In this document: in pieces, positions 55,312-64,000 of the stretch | How the letters are laid out: every line of letters starts with the position of its first letter | Numbering within the stretch: position 1 is the first letter of the stretch | Assembly: GCF_006345805.1 (NCBI RefSeq) | Contig: NC_042997.1 | Span: 2,418,001 to 2,482,000, forward strand | Source: Octopus sinensis | Taxonomy: Eukaryota | Reading direction: 5' to 3' | DNA length: 64,000 bases | Made by a program: the position numbers and the translations under genes | Notes under the pieces: generated by a model | What the model was told of the DNA's origin: nothing | Databases searched by the model: none | Seen by the model: the letters and a program-made list of their open reading frames with translations, nothing else

Positions 55312-56656
55312 GTACGTATATTTATATATACATATATAGGATATTTAGCCACCATAGTGATTAAACAGCCAAACATTTGAAGTCCGATAAGGTTTGCACG
55401 CTAGCGCAACGATTCCCTTATATGATCCAGTGACATATTAGGTGTGATTTGTGTAGTGGACTCTGGGATATGGATACGTCATGGGCTGAATTGCAACCAA
55501 ATGGTTTCCATCTTATTCAGTAATATTCCTTCCATATTCATCTCTATAACAGACTGATCACCCCCTAATGACATGCTTTATTCCCAGATCTTGTTTTCAG
55601 CGTCGCTAGTTTTCTAGGAACTCTCCTCAAGATACAAGACTAGTGATGGTGTTGGTTTTGTTATTGATTATTCAGGTTGTACTGGATTCCATGAGAAAAG
55701 AAGCACCCATGAGTAACATATATACACATGCATACATACGTACATATATACATATATAGTCACATATGAAAATATACTATATTTATGTGTGTGTGTAGAG
55801 AGAGAGAGAGGTAGAGAAGTACACATTTATACATACTTATACGTGTATATTGAAATGCATTTGTATGGTATGTGATACTGTCTCACTTATCAATCCTTAG
55901 TGTTATTCTCTAGAAAATCGCTTTTGTATACACGATATTCTTCAAATATAATACCTTTTTGTATGAAGAAATATATATAATATCATCATTCTGTTTTCTA
56001 TCGAAAATTATTAAATGAATACAGACATATATCGAGATTACATAATTATGACCAATAATCCACTATCGAGTAAAACGTGAACAATACGTATAGCATCAAC
56101 ACAAAAATATTTCATTTTCCTACAAGATAATCTGACTAACATTTTTCTACTCGTTTAAATCCTACTCGAATATTTATCCGCTAACAGAATAATTTAATCA
56201 GTTGTGTAACAATCTCACTTCATTTCGCCCTTTACTCTCTCTCTCTCCTGTTCCCTCTCCCCCTCTCTCTCCATAATATATATATATATATATATACGAG
56301 AAAGAAGCAACAAGAATGGATAGGTTTTTAGTACAATCGTTTCATACAAGGACAGGCTTTATTAAATGTTGCAAAAATTACAGCATATAAACGTGTCCCG
56401 TACTCATCAGCTAAAATACATGTGAGTTCTCTAGACATCCTAGTGGTTGAGGCTATACTCATGAAGTAATGTAGATAATTAAGTAACATAAACAGATTTC
56501 CAAAGTTCATTAAAGTTCTTTAAAGGTGATGTACAGTCTTATCACAGAATTTTTAAAAAGTTTTAATAGCATCACAGAGATGGTGACCTAATCCATAGTG
56601 CACATATGAATTTCCAAGTAAATTCATTTAAATTAACTTGAATCTTTATTGCTTTT

Positions 56657-56708
<52 letters not shown>

Positions 56709-56733
56709 ATATATATCTATATATGTATATATC

Positions 56734-56800
<67 letters not shown>

Positions 56801-57885
56801 GTGTGTGCGTAGGTGTATGTCTGTTTTTACGTATATATCTACGCATAGAAAGTAAAGCTGGATTTACGTTTTTAATTTGGTCATATCTATTGTCTAAATG
56901 CGTATATTGGTAGATCGTTTCTTTCTCTATATGAATTCTTTTCCATTGCAGTAATAGTCTTTTCTAGTATAGCAACAGTCCCTGAATATTTTGAGAAGGA
57001 GATAGTAAACTACATCGATCCCGGGTGCCCGATTGAAATTTATTTAATCTGACATAAATGGATGGAAGAAAAAGTCATCTCCATTACCATTTGAACTGAA
57101 GATGTATACTCAGGAAATGCCACTTAGCATTTTTTTTTTTCCGGTGTTGTAACGATTTTCCCCTTTCCATGCCAGCGATGTGAGCAATGGTAACGTGCCG
57201 TCATTGAATTCTTGAAGACAGCATTCGTGCAGGAGGCTGTTCAGAAATTACAGAGATTTTCAGGTTTCTTAGGTATGTGATATATACTATATCGACCGGC
57301 TCATCTAAACCGGCACTAAAGTGAAATCACACTGCGGGCATATATCAACTGCGTCACTGAAACGAAACTGCAGAAAATTTGTGATTTTATTCTCGTTGAC
57401 AGACGATGTAAATTTATTGAAATTTCCGTGAAAGAGTGCCGTGGTCACGATGCATTACCAAAATAGTTTAAAACATACGGTTTTGGAGGGTGTGTTTAAA
57501 GGGGGCAACTTGGGATCATACCGATTTCCACACGATAAGCACGATAGTTTCTTCTGACATGCTTGAAACAAGTGAAACCTGACGCTTTCATTGTTCCTAT
57601 CTTTTGGTATTAAACCAAAAAGAACGTAAATTTACGGTCCGAAACGAAAGAGTCCTGTCCAGTCGGCTTAAGACCGGCCCTCTATATTCTTGTGTGATAC
57701 CCTGGGAACTCAACCACGAGTCAATAAAAATACGAACTTAAAGGTACTTTAGCATAGCTTTTAAACTAACATAACTGATAAACTGTCTAAAAAGACATGA
57801 TATGCCTGCTATACTTTTACACCTTGTGTGCAAATATCGATGTTTACGTATGTTCAGAAACGTAAACTTACAATGCAGCTATATT

Positions 57886-57922
57886 AATAATAATAATAAT
57901 TATAATAATAATAATAATAATA

Positions 57923-57985
<63 letters not shown>

Positions 57986-58108
57986 GCAACAACAACAACA
58001 ACAGCAACAACACCAACAACACCTACTACAACAACTACAACAACAGCAACAACAACAACAATAATAATAATAATGATAATAATAATAATAATATTAATAA
58101 TAATAATA

Positions 58109-58172
<64 letters not shown>

Positions 58173-58182
58173 TAATAATAAT
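57886..58182. repeat. (AAT)n/(AAC)n microsatellite
   Basis: Direct reading; explains the poly-N and poly-I ORFs. Confidence 0.98.
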
Positions 58183-58707
58183 CACAGAGTTAACAACAGA
58201 AAAATGATGGTATAGGCACACACCAGAAAAGATCACAGAAAACGAGAAAGCAACCATACTCTGGGATATGCACATATAGAGAAATTAAGGCCAACAGACC
58301 AGATATAGTTGTCAGAGATCATGAAGAAAAAAATGCTTTCTAATTGATGTATCAATACCGGCAGATGACGTGTCTCTAAAATAAATGGAGAAATTCTCAA
58401 AATACAAAGACCTGGAAATAGAGGTAACTAGAATGTGGAATCTGAAAACAGAAACAATTCCTATCATATTAGGTGCATTAGGCATGATAAAAAATTATTC
58501 AGACAAATACATAACAAAAACACCAGGACTTACAAACACATATAACGTACAGAAAATTGCACTACTAGGCACTGTATACATCCTACGCAGAACACTTTCC
58601 ATACAATAACCATCAGAGCCTCACAGCAAATCACAGCACATACCCAAGGCACACAGAGCTGCGCTCGGTAGTGAAGTGAAAGCACGCTATAAAAATAAAA
58701 CTACTGA
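58183..58707 (+). mobile_element. R4/Dong-like LINE 3' end inserted in (AAT)n
   Basis: WYRHTPEKITENEKATILWD..IKANRPDIVV..FLIDVSIP..EKFSKYKDLEIEVTRMW..PIILGALG..QKIALLGT (PD..D endonuclease); (AAT)n on both sides. Confidence 0.9.
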
Positions 58708-58724
58708 ATAATAATATTAATAAA

Positions 58725-58779
<55 letters not shown>

Positions 58780-58809
58780 TTAACAATAGCATTTACCAAC
58801 AAATAGTTA

Positions 58810-59060
58810 CTGCATTTCTATATTTAAGAGAGAAGGAATTATGTACATTATTTCCATTATTTACAATTGACGGATATTTGTCCTCATCTTGTTTGTTGTT
58901 TAAACAACCTTTCGGCTGATATACCATCCAGCATTCATCAGGTGTCTTGGAGAAACTTCGAACCTGGGTTCTCATTTCTAAGATGTTTTTCGATGTTGAT
59001 ATTAGCATTACATTACGAGTTCGATTCCAGACAGTGACCTGAATAATAATAATAATGATA

Positions 59061-59127
<67 letters not shown>

Positions 59128-59292
59128 TAATAATAACACCATCAAAAAATACCTTAGGAATGAGGACCCAGGTTCGAAATTTCCCCTAAGCCTCCCGATG
59201 AAGGTTTGGAAGGTATATCAACCAAAACGTTTTGTTAACAACAAGATGGGGACAAATACCTGTCAACTGTAAATAATGTAAATAATGTAAAT
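58810..59292. mobile_element. Inverted (tail-out) pair of hammerhead-bearing repeats with a tRNA B-box at the centre
   Basis: 58850-58997 is the inverse of 59135-59290. HHRs: GACAC-CUGAUGA-A-UGCUG..CAGCC-GAAA-G-GUU at 58901-58946(-) and a degenerate copy at 59190-59237(+). GAGTTCGATTCC at 59017-59028. Confidence 0.75.
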
Positions 59293-59519
59293 AGTTATTG
59301 GTTGTAGTGATCCGTAGCTCTAATTGGGTCGCCAGAAGATGTATGTGTGCAAGTATATGTGTGCGAGGAAGCCAGTGTGGATGTACGTATACATGTGTGT
59401 GTTCAGTGAGTAGAGCGGGCTGGGTATGTATGCGTATTTGCATACGCGCATGTATCTGCATGTATGTGGATCGCACAAACTAATGTGTGTGAGTGTATAT
59501 ATGCATATCTTTGGGTGTT

Positions 59520-59552
<33 letters not shown>

Positions 59553-59659
59553 ATGTGTGAGTGTGTGTGTGTGCGTGTAGATACATATATGAATACATGT
59601 GGGTATCTGTGTATATGTGTGTGAGTGTATGTATGCAAGTGTTATATATATATATATAA

Positions 59660-60068
59660 ATTTTAATTTAAAATGAGGATGAGAAATTAGATATTAATTT
59701 AATTAACATCGATTTCACACCAGTGGTCTAGCATATAATAAAACTGAAGTTTCAGTAAAATTGTCTTATATACATGTTAGAGGGAAACCACTATGTGGAC
59801 ACCCATATGCTAGAAATAGATCCGCTATGGTCTTACCAATAAGAAATGTTCTCAACAAAAATTTAGCAAAACAACCAAAACGTAATCGAGCAAGACTCGT
59901 GATGGTAATAGTGAAATATGTATGCGAATAATCCATATTTTTATTGCTTTTTCTTTTGTCTTGCTCGATTACGTTTTGGTTGTTTTGCTAAATTTTTGGT
60001 GAGAACATTTCTTAGTGGTGAGACCATAGCAGATCTATTTCTTGCATAAGTATGTCCACATAGTGGTT
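59660..60068. mobile_element. Inverted element carrying the CTAG/RCTGG motif (family 4)
   Basis: 59786-59896 is the inverse of 59958-60068; full motif at 59675-59818(-); left end at (TA)n. Confidence 0.78.
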
Positions 60069-60215
60069 GTGTAGTAAGTAGATTGCTAACCAACCACATG
60101 GTTCCGGATCCAGTCCCACTGCGTGGCATCTTGGGCAAATGTCTTCTGCTATAGCCCCGGGCCGACCAATGCCTTGTGAGTGGATTTGGTAGACGGAAAC
60201 TGAAAGAAACCTGTC

Positions 60216-60259
<44 letters not shown>

Positions 60260-60505
60260 TATATATATATTGTGTGTGTGTGTGTGTTGTGTGTCTGTGT
60301 TTGTCTCACTAGCTTTGCTTGACAACCGATGCTGGTGTGTTTACGTCCCTGTCACCTAGCGGTTCGGCAAAAGAGACCGATAAAGTAAGTACTGGGCTTG
60401 CAAAGAATAAGTCCCGGGGTCGATTTGCTCGACTAAAGGCGGTGTTCCAGCATGGCCACAGTCAAATGACTGAAACAAGAAAAAGAGTAAAAAAGTAAAA
60501 GAGAG
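60062..60505 (+). mobile_element. tRNA-derived SINE family B, near full length, with internal (TA)n(TG)n
   Basis: tRNA-like head (gtggttgtgtagtaag..ggttccggatccagtccc), body, and LINE-like tail ggcggtgttccagcatggccacagtcaaatgactgaaacaag; partial copies occur throughout the window. Confidence 0.9.
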
Positions 60506-61028
60506 ATATGGATGTAAGGGTGATATGGAAGTCAGATTTTCTGCGAACTACTCCAGTATCGAGGGGAGAGTAACGATACACTACTCGTGTTATTACCTTC
60601 TAAATATAAATTATACGAACAACGTCCCAAGACTGACCGTATGGGCGGATGGACAACGCAACCGGTGTGTGTGCATGTTCGAGCGAAAGTTTGTGTGCAT
60701 ATGTGTGTATACGCATCCTGATCAAAGCTCGCTACCAAAATCACCTTTCGACTCCTAGATATTTCAGACTTCGTATATATATCTCCCTTTCTTCTTCCCG
60801 CAACAAACCTCTCTCTTACACCTAATGTAATTCAATTCATCACTATCCATACTTTAACTTCCCCTACTGACACATTTTTAGCTTTATCGTTAGCGAGCCC
60901 CCCAAAAAAGTATAAATGCACTGATTTGACCCAGACTGCAAAATTGATGCAAACCAACGTTTCAAAGAAGTCATTTCTTTTATATACATACATACATATA
61001 CATATACATATACATATGCATATACATA

Positions 61029-61079
<51 letters not shown>

Positions 61080-61609
61080 ACATAATTTAGCTCTTAGGCA
61101 AAACACTCCATTATAATAAGAACTTGTGTTACAAAGAAAATATCCTAGGATCAATCTCTTCTACTAAATGCGGTGCTCCAGGATGATCGCAGTCACATTA
61201 CCGAAACAAGTAAAGCCATAAAAATCTATGCCATATAATATTATATAATATTATATATTCCTTGTGATATTCTGTTATACCTTATCGTATAATATTATAA
61301 CTTTCCCATTCAGTAAATTTCAGCAGCATATTCTTATTGAAATCTAAAAATATTATCCAATATAGAAGACTTAGTTGAAAATAAGATTTTTGTCTCCATA
61401 TAATCTGTCGCTAGCGATTTGCAGACCACGATTTCAAGTGGGTGGAATGAATCTGTAGTTTATTGAAGATTAGAAAATGATATGACCTTTCTAGTTTTGT
61501 ATAATAAGTCTAAATATGATTGTTACTGACAATGCATCTTTTAAAATGTTGGGAAGAAAGTGAATCTCTGCAAGAAAAATGTAAAATAACAGTAGAGCTC
61601 TGATTAAGA

Positions 61610-61810
61610 CTGCGTGCTGGCAGAATCGTTAGCACGACGGCCGTAGTGCTTGCCGGTATTTCATCCATCCTCACGTTGTGATTTTAAAGGTCTGCTCTAC
61701 CTTTCATCCTTTCAAGTTAATTCTGGGAGATGCAAGATTAGTCCTGCGGTTGATAAAATCGACTCCTCCCGTCCCTCGAAATTGTTGTCTTTGTGCAAAA
61801 ATTTAAATAA
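61610..61810 (+). mobile_element. SINE family A, degraded
   Basis: gctggcagaatcgttagcacg..ggtatttc..cctttcatcctttc..aatcgact. Other degraded copies lie at ~43365-43560(+) and ~56960-57175(-). Confidence 0.7.
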
Positions 61811-63286
61811 TTATTAGGGATGTGTATGAAAATAAATATTGCTTTATTTTATGTTTAGATTGCGTGAATGTATATATGTGTTTATGTATGTATAGAGGTA
61901 TATTCATGTATGTATGTACGAACGTATGTATGTAATTATTCAGTGTATTCAGTTTTATTTCAAATCCCGTCTTCTAATATAGGTCTGAGGCTCCTTGATT
62001 GAAATTTCAACAGCATCAACATGGTAGTTTTGTAGATATGTATACGTGCAGATATTTATGTTTTCTTTTATATATGCCTACTGATGCATATATTTGCATA
62101 TCTAGACATACTAAATAATAAACTTTTAGAAAGTTTTACAGAATTTTACATTTCCATTGATGCCTTGGATCTGTCGTCCTTTAATCAGCATTCTCTTCTC
62201 GGGTTTTGAGAAGCCTAATATCTCTAGATTGATATTTAGGCAGTATGTTACATATCCCAGTGCCTCAATAATTACAGGTATACACATGAACTTGCATTCT
62301 TGATAGAGTAACTGCAGATATATTTATGTGTGTATTTATGTATAAGTACATGTAAGTATTGATTATGATGGGTTATATTATAAGAGATAATTTTCATTTG
62401 GTCAATTGGAACAATTGTAATGCAATAAAATAGACTTGATTCGGAATATATCTCTGTATATCTTCGTTGAGAAAATAGCTAATTTCTATTATGTCCACGT
62501 TGACCTATAGGGGAAAATAGTTAGTGTCTATGCAGACATCTTTTCCTAAAATTGTTTCTGAAAAATCAAACACTGTTTTATAGTGTAACACAAATGTTTA
62601 ATTATAAAAATGTATATTCATATAAAAGATATAAAATTTTAGTTTAGTGAAACAGCATCCGATTTAAAAATTAGCGGTGTATTGAGATAAAACATATCTA
62701 CATTATTACCTTTACAAAAGCCGCTTCCGTTTTATAGAATTTACCTACATATTTCATGCTGAGCTAATTTTATTATTCTATTCAGTATCACTTTGAAATT
62801 AAAATAATACTTATGATCTATTTGTACAAACAATGTTTTCAACACTTTATTAAATACATCGAGATGCGCTGCTATTATTATGATAGATGCAAGTCGCTAT
62901 TACGCATTGGCATTTTCTGTGTCACAGTAATGAAAATGGTATATATTTCGATCCTAATGCCTTCATCCGATTAGTATAATTGTGATACTTACTAGATATT
63001 TTGTTTACAGCATAAGTATGTGCATGTATATAAAGATATTTGTGTCTGTGTATATCTATTGTACTTACATATATATATGTTAACGTCGGTGACTATATCC
63101 GCATTGAAAGGTCTTCTCACGTTCCAGTGCAGAAGAATAGGTCAAATACCTTTGGACACGCATATATTTTATTCAATAAAAATAATGATAATAGTAATGC
63201 TGATAATGATAATGATAACAAATTGAAGGAGTAGTAGTACGACGACGGCCAACACGATGATGGTTGTGGAGGTGTTGTTGTTGTTG

Positions 63287-63333
<47 letters not shown>

Positions 63334-63344
63334 TTGACGGTGAT

Positions 63345-64000
63345 ACAAAAGGACAATATCGGTTTCAGAGCAGTCGCACATCTTTGTCGAACAGCAAAAA
63401 TATATCAGGCACTGCGAAATAAAACAATTAGAAGTAAACATGACACAAGATATGCTTTATTCATTCCTCCAGGGCGTGATGTTCATAACCCGTAATCACA
63501 TGTCTCCTCGGGCATTCTGAGAAGTGAAAGTGACGCAGATTCAAAATGTTTTCTGAGAATATGCATTTTCAAGTCTTTCTTTCAAAATTGCAGCCGTTTG
63601 AAATGAAATGTACAGCAAGTTCTGTCGAAGTATTATTGTGCGTGACGTCGAGACTGTGCCCATTAAATAATTCTTTGTTCTGTTTGTACAGCCAAAATAA
63701 ATCTAGTTGTGTTTCGTGCATTCTGATGCATACACCAAATGGGAATCTCCACATCTCCAACATTCTGTATAAATCATAACATTTCTCTTATTATACATGA
63801 TAAAATTCACTTGCACAATGAACAGAGCTTACCTCTCTTGCGGCTGTTTTTCAAGTTACAGCGTGCCGACACTCCCGTGTTCGTTTCCTTGGAGTCAGAA
63901 ATAGAGGTCAATAATATTCTTATAATCTTATTCCGTCTAAAGGATAGAATTGGCGGTTGAGGAAATACCTGTTTGAAGCGAGGATATTTTTTCACCGCAT
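63345..64000 (-). mobile_element. Penelope-like element ORF C-terminus (linker, Cys motif, GIY-YIG) and 3' repeat; continues past the window end
   Basis: FKQVFPQPPILSFRRNKIIRILL..RCN..LCSLCK; LVYASECTKHN*IYFGCT; FNGHSLDVTHNNTSTELAVHF; HHR-like remnant gacaa..GAAACCGATA|ttgtc at 63352-63388. Confidence 0.8.

Noticed and set aside
59722-59820. Hairpin-ribozyme reading of the motif's opposite strand (GGUC..AGAA)
   Set aside because: The helix register does not fit loop A, helix 2 and loop B are absent, and GUC is not conserved in families 1 and 2.

Overview
AT-rich, microsatellite-saturated metazoan DNA. The SINE and LINE families look like those of octopus/cephalopod genomes; this is recognition, not a database result. 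I can support no host protein-coding gene. Most ORFs in the track are translations of (TA)n, (CA)n or (AAT)n tracts, and the window is probably intronic or intergenic. It is mostly transposon debris: a long CR1-type LINE (52.5-55.2 kb), RTE LINE fragments, R4/Dong-like LINE 3' ends in (AAT)n, Tc1/mariner and hAT(Buster) remnants, tRNA-derived SINEs, and many Penelope-like (PLE) pieces, including two GIY-YIG remnants and several hammerhead-ribozyme (HHR) motifs in inverted, tail-out repeats. The most notable observation concerns four mutually non-alignable elements beside (TA)n with the same inverted or inverted-plus-tandem PLE-like architecture (25.9, 37.2, 44.3 and 59.7 kb). They carry no recognisable hammerhead but share a covarying structured motif, TCTAG-Nx...N'x-CTAG-RYC-RCT-[GG hairpin YC]-CT(A/C), at the position where PLE repeats carry their HHR. 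It is a candidate uncharacterised ribozyme or retrotransposition signal. All folds were read by eye and none is tested.
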